Source of the DNA: Bacillota bacterium
GTDB lineage: Bacteria > Bacillota_I > Bacilli_A > ML615J-28 > CAG-698
Reading direction: 5' to 3'
DNA: 64,000 nucleotides
Assembly: GCA_016280895.1 (NCBI GenBank)
Contig: JAEEHM010000036.1
Coordinates: forward strand, 1,367-65,366
The translations under genes and the position numbers were made by a program. The notes under the pieces are model-generated. The model worked only from the letters and a program-made list of their open reading frames with translations. It was not told the origin of the DNA and searched no databases. Positions 27,894 to 41,403 of the stretch are shown here, piece by piece (position 1 is the first letter of the stretch; each line of letters starts with the position of its first letter).

Positions 27894-28732
27894 TATTCTA
27901 TCTCCTTTTGCATTTTGTAGCATTCAACAACATTTTCAAGTAAGCACGCAATTGTCATTGGGCCAACTCCACCAGGAACTGGAGTGATTCGTGCACATTT
28001 AGGAGATACATTTAAATAATCTACGTCGCCAACAATAGTTCCGTGAATTCTATTGATACCAACATCAACAATTATAGTTCCTTCTTTTACCATATCAGCA
28101 GTAATTGTTTTTGGTTTACCTACTGCAGATACAATAACATCCATTCCTAAACATAATTCTTTTAGATTCTTTGTTTTTGAATGAGCAATAGTTACAGTTG
28201 CATTCTTATTTAGCATCAATATTGCAAGTGGCTTACCTACAAGTAAGCTTCTTCCAATAACAAGAGCATTCTTGCCTGTTAAATCAACATTATATTTCTC
28301 AAATAAGTGCATTACTCCCTTTGGAGTACATGGTACAAGACCGTTTTGGCCCATAAATAGTTTTCCTTGATTAGCACTTGTTAATCCATCAACATCTTTC
28401 ATTGGATCAATTGCAGCTATTACATCTTTTTCATTGATATGATCTGGAAGTGGTAATTGAACTAATATTGCGTTAATTGATTTATCTTTATTTGCTTTTT
28501 CAATTTCATCAATTACTTCTTTTTGACTAACATCAGCCGGTAAACAAAGAGTAAGTGCTTCTATTCCACATGCTTTGCATGCTTTTTCCTTAGATGCAAC
28601 ATATATTTTACTTGCTGGATCATCACCAACCAAGATTACAAAAAGTTTTGGTTTACTTGGTAATTCTTTAACCTGCATTTTTAAGGCTTCTTTTAATTCT
28701 CTACTTGTTTCCTTGCCATCCATAATATACAT
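27893..28732 (-). CDS. folD: Bifunctional methylenetetrahydrofolate dehydrogenase/cyclohydrolase
   Basis: IMDGK...ILVGDDPAS..YV..K, VQLPLP, GRS.LVGKP and TPVPGGVGPMT motifs. The ATG at 28732 is 6 nt after GGAGGTG. Confidence 0.95.
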   Translation of the reverse strand: MYIMDGKETSRELKEALKMQVKELPSKPKLFVILVGDDPASKIYVASKEKACKACGIEALTLCLPADVSQKEVIDEIEKANKDKSINAILVQLPLPDHINEKDVIAAIDPMKDVDGLTSANQGKLFMGQNGLVPCTPKGVMHLFEKYNVDLTGKNALVIGRSLLVGKPLAILMLNKNATVTIAHSKTKNLKELCLGMDVIVSAVGKPKTITADMVKEGTIIVDVGINRIHGTIVGDVDYLNVSPKCARITPVPGGVGPMTIACLLENVVECYKMQKEIE

Positions 28733-28832
28733 AGAAGACACCTCCATCCATTTATAATTATATTATATCAAATATTCTTCTTTTTTGCAAACAAATAAAA
28801 AAGCATTAATTTTACAATTAATGCTAATTATC

Positions 28833-29390
28833 TTATTTTCTTTGTTTTCTCAAAGCTTCTTCGATGTCATCTTCTTCGTCTTCTTCATCGATGTCTTCAT
28901 ATTCATCTTCATCATCGTCATAAGAACGACTCATATCATCTGAATCAATTTCACTTGTTTCTTCATCTTCGCCAACAAGACCAAGTTCTTCTTCGATATC
29001 ATCTTCATCATCTTTCTTATCGATTTCATCATCATTAATATAATCATCAACGTTTTTATCAGCGAAGTCTACGTCATCTCTTAATTCGTTCTTTGTAGCT
29101 TCTTCATCGTTTTCGTATAGATCTAATACACCACCGTCTTTATCAAGTAATGAAGAAGGTTGACGTTCTTTTAAATCCCATAATTGGTTTTTATCTTTAT
29201 CTTCACCACAATAAATGAATAAGCCACTTAGCATAAAATCTACTTCGAATTGAGCAACTGCTTGTTCAGTTTGTTCGATGCCCTTACGTTCAAAAATTTC
29301 ATTAAGCATAGATTTTAAAGTTTGAGGTTTTTTCTTTCTCTTCATTAGGTTAACAGCTATTTCTAATAAAGAATCATTTCTTTCGTTCAT
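28833..29390 (-). CDS. rpoE: DNA-directed RNA polymerase delta subunit
   Basis: N-terminal HARE-HTH-like domain (LLEIAVNLM...FEVDFMLSGLFIY...WDLKER) followed by a long Asp/Glu-rich tail. Confidence 0.85.
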   Translation of the reverse strand: MNERNDSLLEIAVNLMKRKKKPQTLKSMLNEIFERKGIEQTEQAVAQFEVDFMLSGLFIYCGEDKDKNQLWDLKERQPSSLLDKDGGVLDLYENDEEATKNELRDDVDFADKNVDDYINDDEIDKKDDEDDIEEELGLVGEDEETSEIDSDDMSRSYDDDEDEYEDIDEEDEEDDIEEALRKQRK

Positions 29391-29485
29391 ATATGTCCTC
29401 CATTAATCTTTATATATTTTATCTTATTTTCATAAATTTTTCAAGTGTTTTAAAAAATTAATTATCATTTTTATTAAAGAACTAA

Positions 29486-30214
29486 TTATTTCTTATCAAA
29501 TTCTTCAATAAATGACTTTAAGACTTCTTCATTTGTACGTGAATAAGTTAAAGGTGTAATAGTGATATATGATTTATATGTTAAATCTACATCACTTAAT
29601 TCAATACCATCTTCTGCCTCAACTGGTCTTCCGATGCTAGCAAGTTTTCCGTTTTTCTCACTATAATTTGATACATAATGAGTTTTACCTTGTCTTGTAA
29701 ATACTATCTTTTTAAATTCTGCTGGCATATTTACATTAAGAAGTGGCCATTTTTCATATAGTTTGTGTTTAAATATGAAATCAAGACTATATTCTAAAGC
29801 ATAATCGATATCTTCAACTTCTTTGAAATTACAAGATAGCGCAATACCAACCTTACCAAGCATGGCAGCCTCTGTAGCAGCAGCACATGTACCAGAATAT
29901 GTGATATCTTCTCCTAAATTGTAGCCTCTATTAACTCCAGATAATACTATATCAAAATTAGCACCTAAATGAAAGTAAGCAATACGCACACAATCAGCAG
30001 GTGTAGATGCAGCATAATATGTATCAACACCATCTATTATGTCTTTTACCTTCTTAAATTTGATATCTTGTCTGACTTTAATCGAATGACTCTTTGCAGA
30101 TTGTTCTTCTTTAGGAGCTATCACAAATACTTCGCCATATTTTTTTGCGATATTTGCTAACTTCTTAATACCTAAAGCATTATATCCATCATCATTAGTA
30201 ACTAAAATGCGCAT
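29486..30214 (-). CDS. surE: 5'/3'-nucleotidase SurE
   Basis: MRILVTNDDGYNALGI, SGVNRGYNLG..ITYSGT. Confidence 0.9.
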   Translation of the reverse strand: MRILVTNDDGYNALGIKKLANIAKKYGEVFVIAPKEEQSAKSHSIKVRQDIKFKKVKDIIDGVDTYYAASTPADCVRIAYFHLGANFDIVLSGVNRGYNLGEDITYSGTCAAATEAAMLGKVGIALSCNFKEVEDIDYALEYSLDFIFKHKLYEKWPLLNVNMPAEFKKIVFTRQGKTHYVSNYSEKNGKLASIGRPVEAEDGIELSDVDLTYKSYITITPLTYSRTNEEVLKSFIEEFDKK

Positions 30215-30217
30215 AGT

Positions 30218-31312
30218 TTAGAATTTATCCTCATTATTAGCCTTGTATTCTTTTAATACTTGATCAGCTTCTAATATTACTTTCTTAATTTCTTTCTTAT
30301 TTAATATTCTTCCACCTGCAGCATTTTCGTGGCCACCACCATAAAATTTACTAGCAATACCAACACAAGGTACAAATCTACTTCTAAATCTTATTCTAAT
30401 CTCATCATCATGCTCAATAAACATAATCCAAATTAATGAACCTTTAATACTATCCATTAGATTTACGCAATTTGATGCATCTTCAAGATTTACTTTAAAG
30501 CGTTTCATAATACGCTTTGTCATAAACATATATGCAACTCCATTTTCACTGTATTTAATATTTTGAAATACATATGCTTGAAGACGATATGTTTCTTTAT
30601 CCTTAGAATATAAATTGCTGAAGATTTCTTCTGTATCAATGCCCTTATCTAATAGAATTGATGCTAAACGTAATGCAGTTCCATCAACTTCCTTATATTT
30701 AAATCTACCAGTATCAGTAACAACAGCAAGATATAGATATCTAGCGGCACTTGCACTAATCTTTAATTTCATTGAATCACATAATTCAGTTATAACTAAG
30801 GAACAAGAACCATAATTTTCTCTAACCAAATTAATTGAACCATAATTATCTGTTACAATATGATGATCAATCTTAATAACTTCCTTTGCTAAATCCATTT
30901 TATTTAAGCTAATACGGTCAGATGTTGCAGTATCAACAACAATCATTAAGGCTCCATCATATTCCTTATCATCAATTTCATCTTGCATACCAACAAATTT
31001 TAAATATTCAGGTAGTTTTTCACCAACTGCATATACCTTCTTATCAGGCCAATTTGTTTTAATAAGCTCTCTTAAACCTAATGCAGAACCAATTGCATCA
31101 CCATCTGGTCTGACATGACGATGAATAATGATAGTATCGTATTCTTCAATCTTATCGATGATTTGCTCTTTGATAGTTCTAAATTCATCATTATGTAACT
31201 TGTTGTTTATTTCAGCATATTCTTCGCTACTTTTAATTTTCTTTGATGTTTCATTAATAGCATCAACTATTTTATTTTTTACATCATTTAGTTTTTCTTT
31301 AATTTCCATCAT
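30218..31312 (-). CDS. DHH/DHHA1 phosphoesterase (NrnA-like) with an approximately 45-aa N-terminal extension
   Basis: IIIHRHVRPDGDAIGS, VDTA, IDHH and GGGHENAAGG motifs. Confidence 0.85.
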   Translation of the reverse strand: MMEIKEKLNDVKNKIVDAINETSKKIKSSEEYAEINNKLHNDEFRTIKEQIIDKIEEYDTIIIHRHVRPDGDAIGSALGLRELIKTNWPDKKVYAVGEKLPEYLKFVGMQDEIDDKEYDGALMIVVDTATSDRISLNKMDLAKEVIKIDHHIVTDNYGSINLVRENYGSCSLVITELCDSMKLKISASAARYLYLAVVTDTGRFKYKEVDGTALRLASILLDKGIDTEEIFSNLYSKDKETYRLQAYVFQNIKYSENGVAYMFMTKRIMKRFKVNLEDASNCVNLMDSIKGSLIWIMFIEHDDEIRIRFRSRFVPCVGIASKFYGGGHENAAGGRILNKKEIKKVILEADQVLKEYKANNEDKF

Positions 31313-32264
31313 TATTCTCCTTTAAAAGTGCTTCTAGATCCTTTATCATTGCTTTTGCAGCATCGAAGTTTGCAATAGTTGCACCACTTGCTTGTTTGTG
31401 ACCACCGCCACCCCACTTAACAGCAATAGAATTAACATTATATTTACTAGTGCATCTTAATTCTGCAATTACTTTTCCATTCTCGTCTTCAGTAAAATTT
31501 GCCCAAACATTAATACCTCTAATGCCAGACATAATACCTACCATACCACGAGATATAGTGAAGACATCAGTTTTATAATTCTTTATATCTTCTTGAGTAT
31601 TCATTAAATATGCTACTCCGCCTTCACTTAACACAAATTTTGATGTTAAACTAGCTCTTAATTTTACAACTTCTAGATCTTCAACATAAATTTTACTGTA
31701 TACATCATCTAAATTAAAGTTGTACTTAACTAATTTGGCTACAATTTCAAAGACTTTATCATTTGTGCCTTCATATCTAAATCTTCCACTATCAGTTACG
31801 ATACCTGTAAATAAAGCCTTAGCTCCTAAATCTGTTAGTTTAAATGATAATTTAAAAATTATATCAGCAATCATACTTGCACAGCTTACTTCATCAGATT
31901 CAACTATTTCTAATGAAGCACAATCCCATTTTGATTTCGCAATATGATGATCTATTTTAATAATACATCTTGCTAACTTATATCTATCATCTGATATTAA
32001 ATATTCGTCGCCACTATCTACAACAATCGCTAGTGCTTGATTATATACATCATCTGATATATTATCCATTTCTCCTAAAAACATAAATTTTTCAGTAGTA
32101 TCACCTACTACATATACCTTTTTATATGGGTAAGTGGCCTTAATTGCTTCCTTTAAGCCTATTTGGCTTCCGATTGCATCACCATCCGGACGAGAATGTC
32201 TATGAATGATGATAGTTCCATATTCACTAATTTTCTTTTTTAATTCTAAGTATTTGTTGTTCAT
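31299..32264 (-). CDS. nrnA: DHH/DHHA1 phosphoesterase, bifunctional oligoribonuclease/pAp phosphatase NrnA-like
   Basis: IIIHRHSRPDGDAIGS, VDSG, IDHH and GGGGHKQASGA motifs. Overlaps the downstream paralogue by 14 nt. Confidence 0.85.
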   Translation of the reverse strand: MNNKYLELKKKISEYGTIIIHRHSRPDGDAIGSQIGLKEAIKATYPYKKVYVVGDTTEKFMFLGEMDNISDDVYNQALAIVVDSGDEYLISDDRYKLARCIIKIDHHIAKSKWDCASLEIVESDEVSCASMIADIIFKLSFKLTDLGAKALFTGIVTDSGRFRYEGTNDKVFEIVAKLVKYNFNLDDVYSKIYVEDLEVVKLRASLTSKFVLSEGGVAYLMNTQEDIKNYKTDVFTISRGMVGIMSGIRGINVWANFTEDENGKVIAELRCTSKYNVNSIAVKWGGGGHKQASGATIANFDAAKAMIKDLEALLKENNDGN

Positions 32265-32343
32265 TTTTTTCTTCCTTTTTTATATTATAGCATATTTTAA
32301 AAAACTTGTAAAACAATTCTATAAAATAAAAATAAGGATAAAC

Positions 32344-32877
32344 CTAATCCTTATTTTCATCTTCTTTCTTATTATATATATTCAAATATAACTTATTAAC
32401 ATAAAATGCAAGTATTGCAAGTACAACAGCAGATATGATTGCTATCAAATACAAATAGAATCCATACGCAAATACTTCATTTCCCATGCCATACATAAAC
32501 TTAATTGTGAATAGTTGAGATGTAGTATGAATTATGGCTCCAGCAATACTAATAGAATATAAGCTTATCTTATCTTTTATCTTCATTAAGAAATACATCA
32601 CAATAAAACTTAGGAAGGAAGCAATACCACCAATTATAAAACTAGTTAGCCCAAATGCCAGCAATCCTCCGATTAATGCTTTTAATAAAACGAGCGCAAA
32701 TGTTTCTTTAAAATCATGATTCATCAATGCAATCAGTATAATAATATTCGCAATACCAATTTTAGCACCTGGAATAAATGAAAATATAGCACCAGATACA
32801 AATCTATCTACAATCGATAAAACAGATGCTAATGCTGCAAGTATTGCTAAAAACACAATTTTTCTTGTTCTACTCAT
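32344..32877 (-). CDS. Gx transporter family / heptaprenyl diphosphate synthase component I-like membrane protein
   Basis: About 177-aa polytopic protein. Its overall pattern (IPGAKIGIANIIILIAL...) resembles the Hpre_diP_synt_I family. The ATG at 32877 follows AGGTGA. Confidence 0.45.
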   Translation of the reverse strand: MSRTRKIVFLAILAALASVLSIVDRFVSGAIFSFIPGAKIGIANIIILIALMNHDFKETFALVLLKALIGGLLAFGLTSFIIGGIASFLSFIVMYFLMKIKDKISLYSISIAGAIIHTTSQLFTIKFMYGMGNEVFAYGFYLYLIAIISAVVLAILAFYVNKLYLNIYNKKEDENKD

Positions 32878-32978
32878 AAATTTCACCTATAAATATTATA
32901 TCACATATTTCTTAATTTATCATCTTTCAATTGAATAATTTTAATAATTAGTTTATAATAATCATAGGAGGCATTAAT

Positions 32979-33380
32979 ATGTGTATTTTTTGTGAAATAA
33001 TAAAAGGAAACATTCCTAACTATACAGTTTATGAAGATGACAAGTGCCTAGCTTTTTTAGATATATCACAAGCAACAATAGGCCACACTCTAGTTGTACC
33101 AAAACAACATTTTGAAAATATCTTTGAACTTGATGAAGATACTGCAAAACATATCTTTAATGTTGTAAGAATAGTTGCAAATAAGATATCTAAATCATTA
33201 AATGTGAAAGATATCAACATCTTAAACAATAATGGTAAATTAGCATATCAATCTGTCAATCATTTTCATATTCATATCATACCTAGATATGAAAACGACC
33301 AATTTAATATCCACTTTAGTGAAAACAAATTATCAAATGAAGAATTAGTTGAACTATTAGATAAAATAAAAAGGGCTTAA
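32979..33380 (+). CDS. HIT family (histidine triad) nucleotide hydrolase
   Basis: CIFC..I, GHTLVVPK and the HFHIHIIP triad motif. Followed by hairpin AAGGGCTT/AAGCCCTT. Confidence 0.92.
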   Translation: MCIFCEIIKGNIPNYTVYEDDKCLAFLDISQATIGHTLVVPKQHFENIFELDEDTAKHIFNVVRIVANKISKSLNVKDINILNNNGKLAYQSVNHFHIHIIPRYENDQFNIHFSENKLSNEELVELLDKIKRA

Positions 33381-33389
33381 AGCCCTTTT

Positions 33390-33632
33390 TTATTTCATAA
33401 TAAGCGCTAAGCACAACCAGATACTTGATGCTATTATTCCAGTTGCTCCAAGGATTATTCCACTTAGTGCCTTATTCTTATATTCTTTAAATACGATTAT
33501 TCCAAAAACTATAGCACATATTCCCATTATTATTCCAATAATAATGAGTGGCAAAAAACATTCAACTGCGGAAAAAGAAACCGATACAATGCCTAAAACC
33601 AATGACACTTGCGCAAATATTTCTTTTTTCAT
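33390..33632 (-). CDS. Small membrane protein (DUF4190-like)
   Basis: 80 aa with 2-3 Gly/Ile-rich TM helices. Stop/start junction with serS. Confidence 0.4.
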   Translation of the reverse strand: MKKEIFAQVSLVLGIVSVSFSAVECFLPLIIIGIIMGICAIVFGIIVFKEYKNKALSGIILGATGIIASSIWLCLALIMK

Positions 33633-34909
33633 TACTTAATTACCGCTTTTCCTCCCATGTATGGACGTAATACTTTAGGGATATTAATAGATCCATCAGC
33701 TTGAAGATGATTTTCAAGTAGCGCAATCAACATTCTTGGAGGTGCAGCAACAGTATTATTTAAAGTATGAGCATAGTAATTACCATTTTCTCCCTTAATT
33801 CTAATACCTAATCTTCTTGCTTGTGCATCACCTAGGTTAGAACAACTACCTACTTCAAAATATTTTTTTTGACGTGGGCTCCATGCTTCTACATCAATAC
33901 TCTTAACCTTTAAATCTGCTAAGTCACCAGAACAACATTCAAGTGTACGTACTGGAATTTCCATACTTGTGAATAATTCAACAGTAAAATTATACATTTT
34001 TTCAAACCAAGCTTTTGAATCTTCTGGTTCACATACAACAATCATTTCTTGTTTTTCAAATTGGTGAATACGATATACACCACGCTCTTCAATACCATGA
34101 GCGCCTTTTTCTTTTCTAAAACATGGTGAATATGATGTTAAAGTATATGGAAGATTTTCTTTTGGATTTATTGTATCAATAAATTTACCAATCATTGAAT
34201 GTTCAGATGTACCAATTAAATATAAATCTTCGCCTTCAATTTTATACATCATTGCATCCATTTCCGCAAAGCTCATTACACCAGTAACAACATCACTTCT
34301 AATCATAAATGGTGGAATTACATATGTAAATCCTTTATTAATCATAAAATCACGTGCATATGATAATACTGCAGACTCTAATCTTGCAATATCTCCCATT
34401 AAATAATAGAAGCCATTACCAGCAACACGTCTTGCACTATCTAAATCAATACCATGAACACGTTCCATAATATCTGTATGATATGGAACTTCGTAATCTG
34501 GAACACGTGGTTCTAAGAATCTTTGTAATTCCACATTTTCACTATCATCTTTTCCAATTGGAACAGTTGGATCAATGATATTTGGAATAGTCATCATATC
34601 TTTTTTAATCTTAGCTTGAAGTTCAGTTTCTTTTGCTTCTAATTCAGGTAACATTTTCGCAATATCAGCTACTTCTTGTTTTACCTTATTAGCTTCTTCA
34701 ATTTTCTTTTCTCTCATTAAAGCACCAATTTGGCTACTCATTGTGTTTCTTTGAGCACGTAATTGGTCAGCTTGAGCCATTGTTTTTCTTAATTCTTCAT
34801 CAAGTGCAATTACCTCATCAACTAATGGTAATTTTTCATCTTGGAATTTCTTTTTTATGTTTTCTTTTACAACATCTGGGTTTTGTCTTAAAAATTTAAT
34901 ATCAATCAT
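33632..34909 (-). CDS. serS: Seryl-tRNA synthetase
   Basis: N-terminal coiled-coil arm (MIDIKFLR.N) and class II motifs (FRKE.G..G...RG..R.HQF.K.E, GSCSN..D.Q.RR). Preceded by a T-box. Confidence 0.97.
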   Translation of the reverse strand: MIDIKFLRQNPDVVKENIKKKFQDEKLPLVDEVIALDEELRKTMAQADQLRAQRNTMSSQIGALMREKKIEEANKVKQEVADIAKMLPELEAKETELQAKIKKDMMTIPNIIDPTVPIGKDDSENVELQRFLEPRVPDYEVPYHTDIMERVHGIDLDSARRVAGNGFYYLMGDIARLESAVLSYARDFMINKGFTYVIPPFMIRSDVVTGVMSFAEMDAMMYKIEGEDLYLIGTSEHSMIGKFIDTINPKENLPYTLTSYSPCFRKEKGAHGIEERGVYRIHQFEKQEMIVVCEPEDSKAWFEKMYNFTVELFTSMEIPVRTLECCSGDLADLKVKSIDVEAWSPRQKKYFEVGSCSNLGDAQARRLGIRIKGENGNYYAHTLNNTVAAPPRMLIALLENHLQADGSINIPKVLRPYMGGKAVIK

Positions 34910-34924
34910 TTTTCTTTCCTCCTA

Positions 34925-35125
34925 AAAATAAAAGTCCCCACATATAAATAATATATGTAGGGACGAATTATATCTCAATAAATTCGCGGTGCCACCCTGC
35001 TTAAGGATAATATCCTTCACTTTTAATATTAAATTGTATTCCTCATAGGTAGATTTCTAAATTCATATATATAAGTTCGCACCAAACACTTACTCTCTTT
35101 AATATATTTCTTTATACTTATCCTA
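34925..35125 (-). promoter_or_regulatory. T-box riboswitch (Ser) controlling serS
   Basis: Minus strand carries AGAGA in stem I, the T-box sequence AGCAGGGTGGCACCGCGAATT and terminator GTCCCTACATATA...TATATGTGGGGAC plus TTTTATTTTT. The candidate specifier is UCU in GAAAUCUACC. Confidence 0.85.
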
Positions 35126-35136
35126 TTTCATCGGAA

Positions 35137-37812
35137 TTATTCATCTTCTTGATTATTTTCATCCATGAATTTATAATCAAGATCTAATTCGTATTCATCT
35201 TCAAATTCATTTGTGAAATCTTCTTCATTTTCTTCTTCTTGACGAGGTACAATTGCGATATTAGATACCTTTTGTCCTTCATTTAGAAGAATAACTCTAA
35301 CTCCTTGTGTATCACGACCTATTGTTAATATTTGGTCAAGGTGAGTTCTAATAATCATACCCTTATCAGTTACAACCATTAGGTCTTCATCACCTCTAAC
35401 TGTTAAAATAGCTGCTAGATTACCATTCTTTGCAGTTAAGTTAAGAGCCTTAACGCCCTTACCACCTCTAACCTGTACTCTAAATGCATCTACATTAGTA
35501 CGTTTTCCATAGCCTTTATCAGTTACAATAACAATTTCATCACCATCTGTATTAACAACAGCCATACCTACTACAATTGCTGGATCTTCAACTAAGATAC
35601 CTCTAACACCAGCAGAGATACGACCCATTGGTCTTACATCAGATTCAGAGAATCTAATTCCTTTACCGCTTGATGCTCCTAAGATGATATCTTTTTCACC
35701 ATCAGTTAAAGCAACTTTAAATAATTCATCGCCTTCGTTTAGTAGAATTGCACGAATACCATTTGTTCTAATGTTTTTGAATTCAGATACTTCTGTCTTC
35801 TTTACAATACCTTTTCTTGTAGCAAAGAATAAATATCCTTCTTTATCTTCTTTTTCGTTAACATTTAAAACTGCAGCAAGTTTTTCATTTTCATCGAAGT
35901 TCAATAAATTAACAATTGGAAGTCCTTTTGCAGTACGTGAAGCATATGGAATTTGATATGCACGTAGTTTATATATCTTACCTAAATTACTAAAGAATAG
36001 TAATGTATCATGGCTAGATGTATATAATACCTTCTCAATGAAGTCTTCGTCTACCATCTTAGCGCCTGTAATGCCTTTACCGCCTCTATTTTGAGCACGA
36101 TATGTATCAACAGTCATACGTTTTACATATCCCTTATTAGTAATTGTGATAATTACATCTTCTACTGGAATCAGATCTTCATCTTCAATTTCAAGTTCAT
36201 CACTTAAACTAATTTCAGTCTTTCTATCATCACCAAATTTTTCTTTAATTTCAGTTAATTCATCAACAATGATATCTAACTTTCTTTGGTGACTAGATAA
36301 TATATCAGTTAAGTCGACAATTTGTTTCTTTAATTCAACATATTCTTCTTTTAACTTTTCAACTTCTAGTGATGCAATCTTAGATAATCTCATATCTAAA
36401 ATAGCCTTACCTTGAGCTTCAGTTAATTTGAAACGCTTCATTAAGCTTGCAAGTGCATCATCAGTAGTAGCAGCAGTCTTAATAATTTGAACTACTTCAT
36501 CGATATTAGCTGTTGCAGTTACTAAGCCTTCTACGATATGGGCTCTTGCTTTTGCTTTATCTAAATCAAATTGTGTACGTCTAGTAATTACATCAATTTG
36601 GTGTTCTAGATAATTCTCTAATACTTCTTTTAAGTTTAATACCTTTGGTTGTCCCTTAACAAGTACTAAAGTGTTCATACCAAAATTGAATTGTAGTTGT
36701 GTATGCTTATATAAGTTATTTAAGATAACATTTGCGTTTGCGTCTCTTCTTAAATCAATAACAACACGCATACCTTTCATACTAGATTCATCTTGAATAT
36801 TAGTAATACCTTCAATTAGTTTTTCTTTTACGCATTCCGCAATTCTTTCAATAATCTTCCTCTTATTTACTTGATATGGAATTTCAGTAATAATAATGCT
36901 TTGACGGCCCTTTTCAAGTTCCTTGATTTCACATTTAGCTCTAATAGTGATTGTTCCATTACCAGTCATATATGCTTTACGCACTTGTGAAAGACCCATA
37001 ATACAACCACCAGTAGGGAAATCTGGTCCCTTGATATATGTCATCAATCCTTCAATTGATATATTAGGGTTTTTAATTAAAGCAAGTATTCCTTCAATTA
37101 CCTCAGTTAAGTTGTGAGGTGGAATAGACGTAGCCATACCTACCGCAATACCCATAGCTCCATTTACTAGTAAATTAGGGAACTTAGAAGGTAATACTTC
37201 AGGTTCTTTTTCTGATCCATCATAGTTATCAATGAAATTAACTGTGTTTTTATTTAAGTCTCTTAGTAATTCCATTGAAATCTTACTCATTCTTGCTTCA
37301 GTATAACGCATAGCTGCAGCGCCATCGCCATCGACTGAACCAAAGTTACCATGTCCATCAACTAATTGATAACGATATGAGAAGTCTTGTGCCATACGAA
37401 CCATTGATTCATAGATTGCAGTATCACCATGTGGGTGATATTTACCCATAACATCACCAACAATACGTGCTGATTTCTTATATGGCTTATCACAATATAC
37501 ACCTAATTCATTCATACCATATAGAATTCTACGATGAACTGGCTTCATACCATCTCTTACATCAGGAATAGCACGTGATACAATAACTGACATTGCGTAA
37601 TCTAGGAATGATGTACGCATTGTTTGTGCTAAATCTACTTCTCTAACATATCCAGTATGATGTCCTTCTTCAACTTCATCAGGAGTATATACTTCTTCAT
37701 AATCTACAGTTTCTTCTTTAGCTGTATCTTTTTCGATATCATTATTGTCGTTTTCTTCAACTTTATCTAAAGATTCATCTGTATTATTAAGTTCTTTTTC
37801 TTTATCATCCAT
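35137..37812 (-). CDS. gyrA: DNA gyrase subunit A
   Basis: [34 protein letters not shown] and six C-terminal beta-pinwheel blades. Start taken at MDDKEKE (9 nt after GGAGG). Acidic extensions at both the N and C termini. Confidence 0.97.
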   Translation of the reverse strand: MDDKEKELNNTDESLDKVEENDNNDIEKDTAKEETVDYEEVYTPDEVEEGHHTGYVREVDLAQTMRTSFLDYAMSVIVSRAIPDVRDGMKPVHRRILYGMNELGVYCDKPYKKSARIVGDVMGKYHPHGDTAIYESMVRMAQDFSYRYQLVDGHGNFGSVDGDGAAAMRYTEARMSKISMELLRDLNKNTVNFIDNYDGSEKEPEVLPSKFPNLLVNGAMGIAVGMATSIPPHNLTEVIEGILALIKNPNISIEGLMTYIKGPDFPTGGCIMGLSQVRKAYMTGNGTITIRAKCEIKELEKGRQSIIITEIPYQVNKRKIIERIAECVKEKLIEGITNIQDESSMKGMRVVIDLRRDANANVILNNLYKHTQLQFNFGMNTLVLVKGQPKVLNLKEVLENYLEHQIDVITRRTQFDLDKAKARAHIVEGLVTATANIDEVVQIIKTAATTDDALASLMKRFKLTEAQGKAILDMRLSKIASLEVEKLKEEYVELKKQIVDLTDILSSHQRKLDIIVDELTEIKEKFGDDRKTEISLSDELEIEDEDLIPVEDVIITITNKGYVKRMTVDTYRAQNRGGKGITGAKMVDEDFIEKVLYTSSHDTLLFFSNLGKIYKLRAYQIPYASRTAKGLPIVNLLNFDENEKLAAVLNVNEKEDKEGYLFFATRKGIVKKTEVSEFKNIRTNGIRAILLNEGDELFKVALTDGEKDIILGASSGKGIRFSESDVRPMGRISAGVRGILVEDPAIVVGMAVVNTDGDEIVIVTDKGYGKRTNVDAFRVQVRGGKGVKALNLTAKNGNLAAILTVRGDEDLMVVTDKGMIIRTHLDQILTIGRDTQGVRVILLNEGQKVSNIAIVPRQEEENEEDFTNEFEDEYELDLDYKFMDENNQEDE

Positions 37813-37825
37813 AAAATACATCCTC

Positions 37826-41016
<3,191 letters not shown>

Positions 41017-41023
41017 AAGACCT

Positions 41024-41233
41024 CTATTTAATCACAAATTCTTGTTTTTCAACAACAATATGATCATTTGGATATAATTTTCTGCCTCTTCTGCAGTCAA
41101 TTTCGCCATTTATAAGCACTTCGTTCTCGCTTAAATAAATTTTGGCTAAAAATCCGCTGTCAATTATGCCAACAAATTTTAAAAATTGCCCAAGTGTAAT
41201 ATATTCTGTAGTAATTTTAACTTCTTTTGCCAT
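41024..41233 (-). CDS. yaaA: S4-domain RNA-binding protein YaaA
   Basis: 69 aa. ITLGQFLKFVGII.SG..AK......V.INGE...RRG.KL. Sits in the conserved position upstream of recF. Confidence 0.85.
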   Translation of the reverse strand: MAKEVKITTEYITLGQFLKFVGIIDSGFLAKIYLSENEVLINGEIDCRRGRKLYPNDHIVVEKQEFVIK

Positions 41234-41285
41234 AATTTTCTCCTGTTTTTTAGCCCTTTTTCTCTTTCTTATTATATATATACAT

Positions 41286-41296
41286 ATTATACCATA
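41286..41296 (-). promoter_or_regulatory. Extended -10 promoter of the yaaA-recF-gyrB-gyrA operon
   Basis: Minus strand TATGGTATAAT, about 50 nt upstream of the yaaA ATG. Confidence 0.55.
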
Positions 41297-41403
41297 AAAT
41301 TTACCAATTTTCCAGCATTATTTTAACGAATTTTCTCATTTTTTTCATTAATTTTGCACTTATCTTCCAAAGATAGAAAATAAAGACATTAAAATTACTA
41401 AAT

